This document shows positions 26,480 through 38,032 of a stretch of DNA of 64,000 bases, one piece after another; positions within the stretch are counted from its first letter, which is position 1, and every line of letters begins with the position of its first letter. Made by a program: the position numbers and the translations under genes. The notes under the pieces are model-generated. The model did no database searches. It saw nothing but the letters and a program-made list of their open reading frames with translations, and was not told where the DNA came from. Source of the DNA: Octopus bimaculoides (lineage: Eukaryota); assembly GCF_001194135.2 (NCBI RefSeq), contig NC_068992.1, forward strand, positions 23,676,471-23,740,470. The letters are read 5' to 3'.

Positions 26480-27130
26480 TTACTACTAGTTCAACCCCCA
26501 AGAAATTTTCGGTTCATTTGTTTCTTCAGTCTTGAAAAGTAAAAGTGTAACACCTTAAACTAGCCAAGAGGACACTTTATTTTGTTGCTGCAAAACAACG
26601 TAGTAGAGTCTAGTCAGCGGTTCGTGACGTTCTGAAAAAGTATTCAACGAATAATTAAGAATTCTATCCGTTTCTGGAGACTTCCATTCACACAATTTTC
26701 TGAGAGCAGACCTTACATTCTCCTACCGTGATACTCTCCCATTTTTGCTATTCTGAGTGTGCTCACTAAGGGGATAATCTATCAATCCATGGAGCATTTT
26801 TATTGTGCGTTATTTCTTCTGCCCAAGTCTTACTCCAATATTGCCGCATGTTTTTGCAGTGGGTGAGGACACAGATTTTACTGACAATGATGCTTTTCCT
26901 ACTTTCCTGTAAAATTATTTTGAATTATTTTTGAATATGTTTTTTTGTTTTTGAAGAACCTGCCGTGTTTTGCATCACGTGATGTGCAGGCGGCTTTAGC
27001 AGACACATATTACTTGAGAGATCCTATAAGGCATTGATGTCAAGTATGTATTTCGAAAGCTTGGACATTGACATTAGTGGATGGGTCTGTATGTTTAGTG
27101 TTAACGTTTTGAAACCCAAGCCCCTTAGAG
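26480..27130 (-). mobile_element. R4/Dong-clade LINE fragment (pre-RT and RT N-terminus)
   Basis: Minus strand reads QYWSKTWAEEITHNKNAPWI...ALRKLCEWKSPETDRILNYSLNTF..H, then SWLV*GVTLL..TEETNEPK. This matches the R4-clade FW..IW..HN..A.WI / WKSPG.D.I.NYW.K pattern. Confidence 0.8.
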
Positions 27131-28318
27131 TTCTTCGAATAAAAACGTTTCTCGTAATATAATATCATGGGGCTCACAAACTGAGACTGTTTTTCTTGAT
27201 ATATCTATCTCCGGACATAAATGCTTTGTAGGATTTTAAATTAAGAAATTGTTCTTTCTTTTTGTGTTCGTTCGAACAATATTTTGTTTTTGTTTCGCAT
27301 TGTTCATGCCACGTGTTTTCATGTGTGTGTGTATGTATGTGTGTGTCTGTGCGTGTTTTTGTGTGTGTACATGTATATATATNNNNNNNNNNNNNNNNNN
27401 NNNNNNNNNNNNNNNNNNNNNNNNNNNNNNNNNNNNNNNNNNNNNNNNNNNNNNNNNNNNNNNNNNNNNNNNNNNNNNATATATATATATATATATATAT
27501 ATAAGCAATATATGAGTACATCCATATATATGTACATGTGCGTGTGTGTGTATGTACATGTGTGTGTATATATGTGTGTGTGTGTTTGTGTGCATGTGGT
27601 GCAAAATTTAAATGGTTGTATAAGAATAAAGGTGTATGTGTAATCCTATGGATATCAAAATGTATACATGGTTGTATTGACATTCGAACGCATACGTAAT
27701 CAATCAATTTAGTATTTACTGCTTCGTTAAACTTATATCTTATGTTTCACAGAGACATCGTGCATAGCAGAAACACCAACGAAAAAAAAAAAAAAGCATT
27801 TTTCGAACGGAGTACCCACCCTATTTTCCTATGGGCCTTTACAAATGCATTAAACTCTTGATTCGTCCTTTAGAAACACATCAACGCTTCTGTCACCAAA
27901 CTCCAAACAGACTTAAACAAATAAATAACCTTACGTTTATTCTGATATTGATTTCTCACATTAGCACAAAGTTACACACTTGTTGCCAATGAATAAATCT
28001 TGATATCGATCTCATTAACTTACTGTTAATTGTTCAATCCATACTCTTCAGAAGAAATTGAACTCAATACGTCAAGACTCAAACAAATACAGGAAGTCAT
28101 TTAATCCGATGTTATACAATCATTCAATTTATTTTGCTATTAATTCCAGTAATTCGTTGTACTATAGACACAATATTTACATTATTTACATTTGACTGAT
28201 ATTTGTCCTCATCTTGTTATACCCTCCAGCCTTCATCAGGTGTCTTGGGGGAAATTTCGAATCTAGGTTGTCATTCCTTATGTATTTTTCGATATTATTA
28301 TTGTTATTATTATTATTA

Positions 28319-28350
<32 letters not shown>

Positions 28351-28365
28351 GTTATTATTATTATC

Positions 28366-28590
28366 ATTCAGTAGTTCTATTTTTTATAACGTGCTTTCAC
28401 TTCACTACAGAGCGCAGCTCTGTGTGCCTTGGGTAGGTGCTGTGGTTTGCTGTGATGCTCTTATGGTTACTGTATTGAAAGTGTTTTGCGTAGGATGTGT
28501 GCAGTGCAGAGTAGTGCAATTTTCTATATGTTATATATATTTGTAAGTCCTGGTGTTTTTGTTCTGTATATGTCTGAATATTTTTTTTTT
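28366..28590 (-). mobile_element. R4/Dong-like LINE 3' end inserted in a (TTA)n tract
   Basis: Minus strand encodes IALLCTAHILRKTLSIQ*, the C-terminal motif type of REL-domain (R4-like) ORFs. A second copy is at 44485-44638. Confidence 0.85.
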
Positions 28591-28693
28591 AATTATTATT
28601 GAGGTCACTGCCTGGAATCAAACTCTGAATCTTGGGGTTAGTAACCCGCACTCTTAACCACTATGCCATAAACCCAGGTTCGAAATTTTCCAA

Positions 28694-28738
28694 GACACCT
28701 GATGAAGGCTGGAGATATATCAGCCGAAACGTTGTGTT
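28694..28738 (+). ncRNA. Minimal type I hammerhead ribozyme motif
   Basis: Stem I GACAC/GTGTT; core CTGATGA plus an extra A; stem II GGCTG/CAGCC; GAAA; palindromic helix III AACGTT; GUU triplet. Confidence 0.7.
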
Positions 28739-30505
28739 AACAACAAACAAGATGAGGACAAAGATACGTCAAATGTAAATAATGTAAATAATGTACATAA
28801 TTTCTCATCTCTTAAATATAGAACTGTATAGACACAATGCCTGAAATTAAAGTGGGGGGGGTAGATGTTCATATCGTCCTGGTACTCAACTGGTAAATAT
28901 TTTATCGACTCCTAAAGAACCAAAACGACCGTTGACCTCGGTACCACTTAGCATTTTAACCGGCATGCTAGTAATTCTGCCACCTTGCTAATTCTAATAA
29001 ATAGGATTTTAACATTGACACGTGGTAATATAATGTTGGAAAGGGTACAGTTAATTTGGCCGATATGAGAAATAAAATTTCGTTTTATCGTACCAGGAAG
29101 TGCTGAAGTCAGTCCCCTCCACGGAAGTAGAACGTAAAATAAGCAACGATTTATTCTCAAGGTAACTTTTATTCAGCGCTATAAACAATCTCTTCCTATC
29201 GATCGCAATGGCAGTTCTAGTTGTAATGAATCTTAACATAAACACAATTTCACAAATTTGGGGTAAGAGTACTGTGTATTGAATCGACAATTCTAACTAT
29301 AAAAAAATATTTTCCTTTCTTTCTATTATGTGGCTGGCTCTGATCAGGTTATTTTATGCGACTCCATGAAATACGATCGAACAAAAGAAACGATCTAATT
29401 GAATGTACTACGCCGAAGCTGTCAGCTTGCTAGAGACAGATCAATAGGATGCACCGATGTTCATATCCCCAAAGCATTAAGTGACGTAAATTAACTGCGA
29501 TGGCTTCAAACGGGTATTGCCTCTCTCTAATTTCAGTTTCCTCTTCTTTGTTCTACTTACGACTTTTTCCCAACAAATTCTCCCCTCAACCTTCTCTTAT
29601 ACCACTCCCTACATCGCTACCCAACACATAACCTTTTCCGTTATTTTATCTCCTTCATTCACAGCCTATATTGAAAGCAACAACAACATTATTTCTATCT
29701 CTTTTACACGTAAGGAAAAATCAGAGATCACAAACGTTTTCACTCCTCAATGTAGTTGATATCGTCTAACTGTGTTACAAACTTACCTATGTATTAATCG
29801 TTGCCATGTAAACAAACAAGGGCTTGTTCGGGCTCTCGTGAGATAGCTACAGCAGCAGCTAACTTATATCAGAATAAAGGTGACTCGAACAATATTTTAA
29901 ACAATTTCAGCGTATAATCTGCAAATACATTTTTAACATAAATGGAACTTCAACGAGATTGCGCAATCCAATTAGATATATGATGTAACTTCCCTCAAAT
30001 AAAACCTACAGAATTATAAAAGACTGATGACTCATTGTACAGTATATTCACTGATTGGAGAAAAGCGATGGGTATGGTAACAATTTAAACTCCTTTTATC
30101 CACATTTTTACCTACTTAAAAACGATTAACGGCGGCGAGAAGAACATCTTATATACTTTTGCAACCAGTGGCGTAGCTGGAAAGTGTGGTGCCGGGGCAA
30201 TTCTTGAGTTAACAACTCAGAGCTCCCATCATCTAAAAAGCAAACACCGAGATGCATATCCATAGAAGATTCGATCATGGCGAAACGTCCCTCCACATCT
30301 ATACTATTTGGTACATATTTTTATAACTGACGCTTGACTCTTAGTCCCTATTGGTTCCGGCCTTGGTAAAAACGAACGTGTAAAAATAAATCCAGACCAT
30401 ATGTAGTGGTCTGACGTAGTGAGATTTTGCTATCTTCAATGAATCTACATAGGAAATGTATGAAAGAATGGAAGAATAGTCGTAACATATTGGATTTGTA
30501 GTAAC

Positions 30506-30550
30506 ATTCGATCCCTAGAGAAGTTTATTCGATCCCTAGAGAAGTTTATT
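30506..30550. repeat. 21-bp tandem duplication ATTCGATCCCTAGAGAAGTTT x2
   Basis: Two exact copies. Confidence 0.95.
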
Positions 30551-31289
30551 ACGTTTGATATAAAAGCTTAATGATTACATTCAATAGTATATCCCAGTAT
30601 TTCAGGGCGTCTTTCTTAAAGTCCATTGTGAGTAATCTACGAACTAGTGGCTTTCAATAGCCCCATGTGTGTTACATGAGGCTCACAGTCTCTGCGCTTA
30701 TAACGACTCAGTATACATATGTATTAAAAAAATATCAGTAGAAATATGTAAATAAGATCTTCCTAAGCACTTGAAACAAATATCGCACTTTCATATTTAT
30801 ATCTCAATCAAACCATTAGTGTTTTATATAAGTTACTCTCTCTCTTTCTCATGTTCTGTCACTCACTTTGTATATCTATCTATCTATCTATCTATCTAAT
30901 TATAAAGATATAATCTTTCTTTAATGTTAATATGTTAGTATGTATGTATAAATGTGTGTGTGTCTGTGTGTTTATACCTACCTACATACATATACATATA
31001 TACAAAATTATTTAATAAATCATATTTATTAAATAATATCTATCATACACCGTATGGAGTATTTTTTTTCTTTATCGTACCATCAAGGTCAATACACTAT
31101 ATATATGTATATGTAGAAGGTTGAAAAGGAACACACGAGTTGATATGCATAAAGAAAATAAGACAAGGTAAAAATTGCTAAAATAATTTTATCACGAAGA
31201 ACATTTTAGTACCGGTTTCAGTCTTTGCGATTTTTTCAACTTAGAGTAAGGCATGAAAAACAATTAAATTGTGGAAAAATTAAATAATC

Positions 31290-31676
31290 TTTTACTTGTT
31301 TCAGTCATTTGACTGCGGCCATGCTGGAGCGCTACCTTTAGTCGACGAAATCGACCCCACGACTTATTCTTTGTAAGCCTAGTACTTATTCTATCGGTCC
31401 CTTTTGCCGAACCGCTATGTTACGGGGATGTAAACACACCAGCATCGGTTGTCAAGTGATGTTGTGGAGGGGGGGGGCAAACACACCAACATGTATATAC
31501 ATATACAAATATACGACGGGCTTCTATCAGTTTCCGTCTACCAAATCCTCACACAAGTCTATGGACGGCCCCGTGCTATACTAGAAGACACTTGCCCAAG
31601 GTGCCACGTAGTTGGACTGAACACGGAACCATGAGGTTGGTAAGCAAGCTACTTATCACACAGCCACTCCTGCGCC
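31290..31676 (-). mobile_element. SINE family C (CORE-type), full length
   Basis: Minus strand GGCGCAGGAGTGGCTGTGTGATAAG (A box), GTGTTCAGTCC (B-box-like), GGCACCTTGGGCAAGTGTC (CORE-like), 3' end GAAACAAGTAAAA. Confidence 0.92.
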
Positions 31677-31861
31677 TATAAATGAAATATTCTTTAAAGA
31701 TATTTCCATAGTTTTCATATGCAAGGGACATTTTCCTGTTTTCTGTATGTTTCTCTCTCCCTTTTTTTTTTTACTCTTGTGAGTTCTAAGTAGTTGGCAG
31801 CAGCTAGTAGTAGCTTCATAGGAATTCGTGTCTTTCATTCGTTTAAGCAGTAGTGGTAGAG

Positions 31862-32095
31862 AAAGAAGAAGGAGAAGAAGAAGAAGAAGAAGAAGAAGAA
31901 GAAGAAGAAGAAGAAGAAGAAGAAGAAGAAGAAGAAGAAGAAGAAGAAGAAGAAGAAGAAGGAGAAGAAGAAGAAGAAGAAGAAGAAGAAGAAGCAGAAG
32001 AAGAAGAAGAAGAAGAAGAAGAAGAAGAAGAAGAAAAAGAAGAAGAAGAAGAAAAAGAAGAAGAAGAAGAAGAAGAAGAAGAAGAAGAAGAAGAA
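31862..32095. repeat. (GAA)n microsatellite, ~230 bp
   Basis: Directly visible. Confidence 0.98.
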
Positions 32096-32289
32096 ATGCG
32101 GGTGTTGTATGACAGTAGTAGGATGCTGGTGGAATCCTCTTAAATAGTCAGGTGGCCTAAAAGTGATCCGTTGTGGTCGTAAAAGTAGTGATTGAAATTG
32201 TTCTGAATAAATTCATGTGAAGTGACTGTTCTGAATATATCGTTTTAATATTTGCGTGGGTATTATTCTAAGGCCCTTTTAATAGTGTC

Positions 32290-32600
32290 ATTTGTGGTGG
32301 ACGCATTCATAAGGGGATTATATTTTGTGATAAAATATGACTCTTTGCTAATGCGCTTACTATAGGTTGCATCGTCCCTGAATTTAAAGAGAGGAAAAAT
32401 TCTGAAGCTGGGTTGTTTGTTATTGGTGAAATGATTGCCATTATGCAAATGTGTCGTAAGTCTAAAACGTTGTTTTTCCATAAAACGAATGCATAGTTTC
32501 AACATTCCATAGCAAAACATTTGTACCACATTTGACAATTTTTTATATCGTGGCATCTGAAGCAGCTGCAGATACGATAACTTGATCAAAAGAACTGGGT
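32290..32600 (-). mobile_element. Penelope-like element remnant (GIY-YIG endonuclease C-terminus)
   Basis: ORF 32263-32649 ends in HLHNG..PSFRIFPLFKF..SKRISKESYFITKYNPLMN. This matches the H..C/F.IFP..K/R..KE..FI.K..P.LN ending of PLE GIY-YIG domains. Confidence 0.65.
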
Positions 32601-32701
32601 ATTGCAAGCAAAAATAAATATTGAAGAAAAAAAAATGGCATTTGGCCAAATTTGGGCATACGACAGTTTAACATAATAGCAACGATATACATAAATACAT
32701 G

Positions 32702-32758
<57 letters not shown>

Positions 32759-32990
32759 GATAAGCTTACTCGGAAATGGATGCATGGCGTTCAATTATGT
32801 AATAATATATAATGTATATATATACGCATATATACATACATGTACATACCTAAATATATATGTATATATATATATATATGCATAAATCAGNNNNNNNNNN
32901 NNNNNNNNNNNNNNNNNNNNNNNNNNNNNNNNNNNNNNNNNNNNNNNNNNNNNNNNNNNNNNNNNNNNNNNNNTATATATATATATATAT

Positions 32991-33400
32991 TGTTATGTAT
33001 ACCTATAACATAATGAAGGGTGAGAACTTTCCCTATATTTTCCGAAGGTGGCGAGATAAACGTTTGTCAACGACCGTTTGGTAGAAGGGAAATAAGGTTG
33101 GTATGTATAACCAAATATATATACAGGAAGTTACCATAGTACGAGACAGGTAACCTCGTCCACTTCCTGTTAACGAGCAAGGCAGGTAATCTCGTACTTC
33201 CTGTTAAAAGGGGAGTGGGGTAGACAGCGGGAGCTCGGCGTCAATAGAACCAGAATGAGAGACGGAGCTGCATACGGGTCGGACAGTTCACCACCTACCT
33301 TGAAACAATTGAGACCGAACATAAACTCCATAAATGAACGTTTACTTCACTGTTCGAACACTTTGTTGTTGCGATCAGAAGTTTACCCCTTTTTCTTACA
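32991..33400. mobile_element. Possible solo LTR (410 bp)
   Basis: TGTTA...TTACA termini, higher GC than the flanks, an internal ~25-bp direct repeat, embedded in TA-rich sequence. No clear TSD. Confidence 0.4.
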
Positions 33401-33986
33401 TTATTAATTTGTCTGATCGTAACAATATATATATATATATATATANNNNNNNNNNNNNNNNNNNNNNNNNNNNNNNNNNNNNNNNNNNNNNNNNNNNNNN
33501 NNNNNNNNNNNNNNNNNNNNNNNNNNNNNNNNNNNNNNNNNNNNNNNNNNNNNNNNNNNNNNNNNNNNNNNNNNNNNNNNNNNNNNNNNNNNNNNNNNNN
33601 NNNNNNNNNNNNNNNNNNNNNNNNNNNNNNNNNNNNNNNNNNNNNNNNNNNNNNNNNNNNNNNNNNNNNNNNNNNNNNNNNNNNNNNNNNNNNNNNNNNN
33701 NNNNNNNNNNNNNNNNNNNNNNNNNNNNNNNNNNNNNNNNNNNNNNNNNNNNNNNNNNNNNNNNNNNNNNNNNNNNNNNNNNNNNNNNNNNNNNNNNNNN
33801 NNNNNNNNNNNNNNNNNNNNNNNNNNNNNNNNNNNNNNNNNNNNNNNNNNNNNNNNNNNNNNNNNNNNNNNNNNNNNNNNNNNNNNNNNNNNNNNNNNNN
33901 NNNNNNNNNNNNNNNNNNNNNNNNNNNNNNNNNNNNNNNNNNNNNNNNNNNNNNNNNNNNNNNNNNNNNNNNNNNNNNNNNNNNNN

Positions 33987-35856
33987 TTATTTCTACGCCA
34001 TGTAGATCTCTCAGGTCCTTCAGGAAGATATTGAAAAGCTATGGACCTTTAAAACCCAGGCTGTTGCAGTACCTTTTCCTATATCTTGATGCCAAAGTTG
34101 AAGACTTTGGCACCATGCGGCGGGGCCCTGATCTTGCATAGGCGGAACCCTCGATGCCAAAGTTTGGGACGAGTCACTCTAGGATCTTCCAGTTATATAT
34201 TATGGCATATCCTTCCCGCCTATCTTCTAGGGAATAGAGACAAATTCTCGAGTCTTTCCCAGTAGCTTATATGCTGCGTGTGGGCTATCTTCTTCGAGTT
34301 GCTTCGTTGGACTGCCTGAAGCTCTGAAATTAATTTTACACGGGTTGGTCACCAAATCCGGGAGCAATAGTCAATGTGGGTTAGGACAAATATCCACCAG
34401 AGGACCATCATGGTTTCTTGCTCTCACGTTTCAACAGATCTAACAATCCATCCGGTCAACCGCCTGTATTTCATTACCAACTTAACAACAGGCACATGGA
34501 AGAATGAATCATTAGTCATGAAAATGCCCAGGTCTCGCACTGACTGTGTTTTGGGGATTGCAATCCCTCCAGGTCCAACGTATGTAATTGGTATTGCATT
34601 TAGTTTTGTATGCTGATAGCACAAGTCTTGAACCGTTTCAACATTAAACTGGATTCTATTCTTCTGAGCCGATTTGTATATTTCATCCAACTCATACTTC
34701 AGGTACATAGCATCTTCAGGATTCTGTTTCAACTGTGAGACATTTGTATTATCTGCATAACTTGTGGTCATGGCCCTCTGTGTGGCTGAGGGTGTATCTG
34801 AGATGGCCATTATGAACAGTAGTGATCCCAAAACAGTGCCTTTTGTAACACCGCTCACTATTTGCGTGTCATTGGAAGTGGACCCATTGGCTACTACCAT
34901 CTGACTTCTATCTTTCAGAATGTCATGCAGCAATTCTCCCAAGTACCCGACTATGCCGAGATCACGGAGTGTGTGACATATCACTCCATGATCGACTTTA
35001 TCGAAGGCCTTTGCAAAGTCGAGATTTATCACGTCCACATTTGAGTGGTTGAGCAGCTGTTTCAACACCCAGTCATAGTGTTGTAAGGGATGAGCCAGGC
35101 AGCTTCTTCCTGGTCGGAAACCATGTTGGGTGTCAGTCAATAAGTCATATTCCTCAAGGAAGGTGATTAGTTTTCTTCTGACTATTCGATCCACAACTTT
35201 GCTGATGTGCGAGGTCAGAGAGATAGGTCTGTAGTTTTTGGCCTCGGTTCTGCTATCCCCTTTATGAAAAGGGCATATTTTACCTTCCTTCAGCTTGCTT
35301 GGAAATTTACCAGTTGCAAGAAAGCTCTGGAAGTACTACTGCAGTAGTCTTGCTAGGATTCGCTTAGATGCTTTTAGAAGGATTGCTAGGAATCCAGCAG
35401 GGCCAGGAACTGAGTTCGGTTTCATTTCATCTCTAGCCTTTATCACATCGTCTTCTTTTACATGGATGCAATCAATCATCACTGCCTTTGTTTTTATATC
35501 TGCAGTGGCAAAATGTCAGCTGGATTGATGACTTGCAAGTGTCCAATGGGAGGCGTGAAAACACTTTTGGATTGCTCATTTAGTATTTCTATTATCCTCA
35601 CTGGGTTTCCAGTGAGCGACCCATTTTTTCGAGGTGTGACCATACCCTGCAGTGCACTGAGGACGTTTCTTTGGCACACTTGTAGAAGGCTCTGGAGTTA
35701 GATTTTATATAGTCAATTGCCCAGGATACTATGCTCTTTCATTTTCCTGATAGAGTTGCAGGTCTTTATCAATCTCCAGCGGTTGTATTTTCATGCTGGA
35801 TGTCTTACTGCTTTCAAAGTGTTTGTTTAAGCGATTTGAACTTTTTGTACGCCGCT
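33987..35856 (-). mobile_element. CR1-group LINE ORF2 pseudogene (reverse transcriptase)
   Basis: NYRPISLTSH, QHGFRPGRSC, LDFAKAFDKVDH, SGVTKGTVLGSLLF (GVPQG-like), YADN (YADD-like), VRDLGI. Stops lie outside ORF 34424-35194, and the 3' end runs into a gap. Confidence 0.95.
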
Positions 35857-35908
35857 TATAGATACATATACATATATATATATATACATACACACAAACA
35901 CACACACA

Positions 35909-35977
<69 letters not shown>

Positions 35978-36172
35978 ACACACACACATATATATATATT
36001 ATGTGGGTGTGGATGGCGTTGTATGCGTGTGTATGTGTATATAGCTATACAATACATACGTGCGTGCCTTAGTGTTCGTGCGTACGCATCTAATTGTACA
36101 TATATTTACACACTGGCACGCATGCGATTATATGAGTGAGGTTGGCAGCGTTTTTTCTCTAACAAACTCCAG

Positions 36173-36250
36173 GTCTTGGCCCAACGACGGGGAGTCATGT
36201 ACGGTAACCAGAATTACTACAATTACGACAAGAATCTCTCTTTCCACTAA
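36173..36250 (+). CDS. Candidate terminal coding exon (VLAQRRGVMYGNQNYYNYDKNLSFH*), unassigned
   Basis: Acceptor TTTTTTCTCTAACAAACTCCAG with a CTAAC branch point, an open phase-0 frame to TAA, then U-rich 3'UTR-like sequence. No homology recognised. Confidence 0.25.
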   Translation, partial: VLAQRRGVMYGNQNYYNYDKNLSFH

Positions 36251-36602
36251 ATATCTGAGATCGTTCCAATTCTACTTACATTCCATCTCAGCATAGACTC
36301 ACTCTACGATTTATAATGCACCAAAAAAAAAAACAGAAATGTGACTTTCTGCCAAACTTACATATTTATGCGTTGCTAATGTTTATCTTTTCCGATTGTT
36401 TCTTTTTTTTTGTTTTTTGAGTATTTTTTGATTAGGAGGGCTGTAATTTATGTCTGTATATTTATTTGTAATTAACTATTAACTAAGACACGCTGACCTG
36501 TATAAATACGTGCAACATACACACACACGTACGTACTTTTATACAAACAACTTGAAAGAAAGACAAATGTAAATGCGTACACACACATTAAGTCTATATA
36601 TA

Positions 36603-36633
<31 letters not shown>

Positions 36634-37020
36634 NNNNNNNNNNNNNNNNNNNNNNNNNNNNNNNNNNNNNNNNNNNNNNNNNNNNNNNNNNNNNNNNNNN
36701 NNNNNNNNNNNNNNNNNNNNNNNNNNNNNNNNNNNNNNNNNNNNNNNNNNNNNNNNNNNNNNNNNNNNNNNNNNNNNNNNNNNNNNNNNNNNNNNNNNNN
36801 NNNNNNNNNNNNNNNNNNNNNNNNNNNNNNNNNNNNNNNNNNNNNNNNNNNNNNNNNNNNNNNNNNNNNNNNNNNNNNNNNNNNNNNNNNNNNNNNNNNN
36901 NNNNNNNNNNTATATATCCAAATATAATATGCATGTTATATCCATATAATATGCAGAGTTGTCTATATGCGTGTCATATCTATATAACTCTATATGCATG
37001 TTATATCTATATAACTGTCA

Positions 37021-37057
<37 letters not shown>

Positions 37058-37189
37058 AGACTGGGAGAGAGGCAGGGAGACAGGGAGAGAGAGAGAGCGA
37101 AAGAGAGAGTGGCGCAAACCTACACATATGTGCATATACGAATGCTTAATCTAAATATTTTATTTATGGATGAAGTTGTTCAAGAACTA

Positions 37190-38032
37190 TTTTATTCTGG
37201 AAAAATTAACAATAGAAATGTTTTGATTAGTCAAAGTATGAGCCGTGGACATCTATGCATCTTTCCCATCGATCAACGAGATTATTTATGCTAATAAATT
37301 TTTGAGAGCTGGTTTAAATGCTTAAAAGTGGTAGTCAGTGGCTGAAAGATAAGGAGAATATGGACGATACTGTAAAGTCTCTTATCCCAAGTCTGTGAGT
37401 TTCTACAGCATGATTTTTGCAACATGTTGCTTTGCATTATCGTGGGCCACACCGATTCAACAATACAGGTCTCCTTTTTTGCAAGTGAGCATGTATTTCA
37501 GCGAGTTCATTGAAGTAAACCTCTGTTGTAATGCTCTGATTGGCTTCCAGGAAGCTGTAATGGACAACACCAATTACAGGCCACCAGGCAGTCATCATAA
37601 TATTTTGCTGATGCAACCTTGGCTTTGGGAAATATTTGGGGGAGTCACCACGAACAGGCCATTGACCTGATCGTTTATGGTTATCATAAAGGGTCCACTT
37701 TTCGTCACAAGTGACTATTCGGTTGAGAAAAGGGTCATCGGTGCTTCGCAGCAAGAGCATCAAGCACACTTCAAAACGCCTAACTATTTGACTTTCCTTG
37801 AGCTCATACAATACCCATTTATCAGGCTTTTCCACCTTATCAATAATCTGCAGATTGCATGAGACTTTTGGAATACCAACACCAAGTGCCCGAGACATTT
37901 CTCTGACATTTTGACGCGCATTTTGTTCAATACTTGCTTTCAATCGTTCATTGTCATGACTGCAACACCAACCTCTGCCTACTTCATCTTCAAGGTTCTC
38001 ATCACCACTACGAAATTTCTGAAACCATTTTT
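37190..38032 (-). mobile_element. Mariner (D,D34D) transposase pseudogene
   Basis: KWVLYEL (WVPHEL-like), IVTCDEKW, HDNA, YSPYLSATDY. There are 34 residues between the second and third Asp. Contains frameshifts and stops. Confidence 0.95.

Larger units (their letters stand above)
28175..28826 (+). mobile_element. Family D inverted composite with a nested R4/Dong 3' end
   Basis: Minus arm (tail, linker, head) is followed by a plus-strand 3' arm ending ATATAGAACTG. Perfect 12-bp TSD TATAGACACAAT (28163-28174, 28827-28838). Confidence 0.92.

Noticed and set aside
30166-30180. hAT-like terminal sequence CAGTGGCGTAGCTGG
   Set aside because: No partner TIR or 8-bp TSD was found.
31007-31037. Perfect 14-bp AT-only hairpin
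   Set aside because: Low-complexity AT sequence next to microsatellites with no associated feature.
31828-32143. Poly-Glu and poly-Arg ORFs (also poly-I/L/M at 7475-7813 and 44280-44925)
   Set aside because: They are trinucleotide microsatellites with no unique coding context or splice support.
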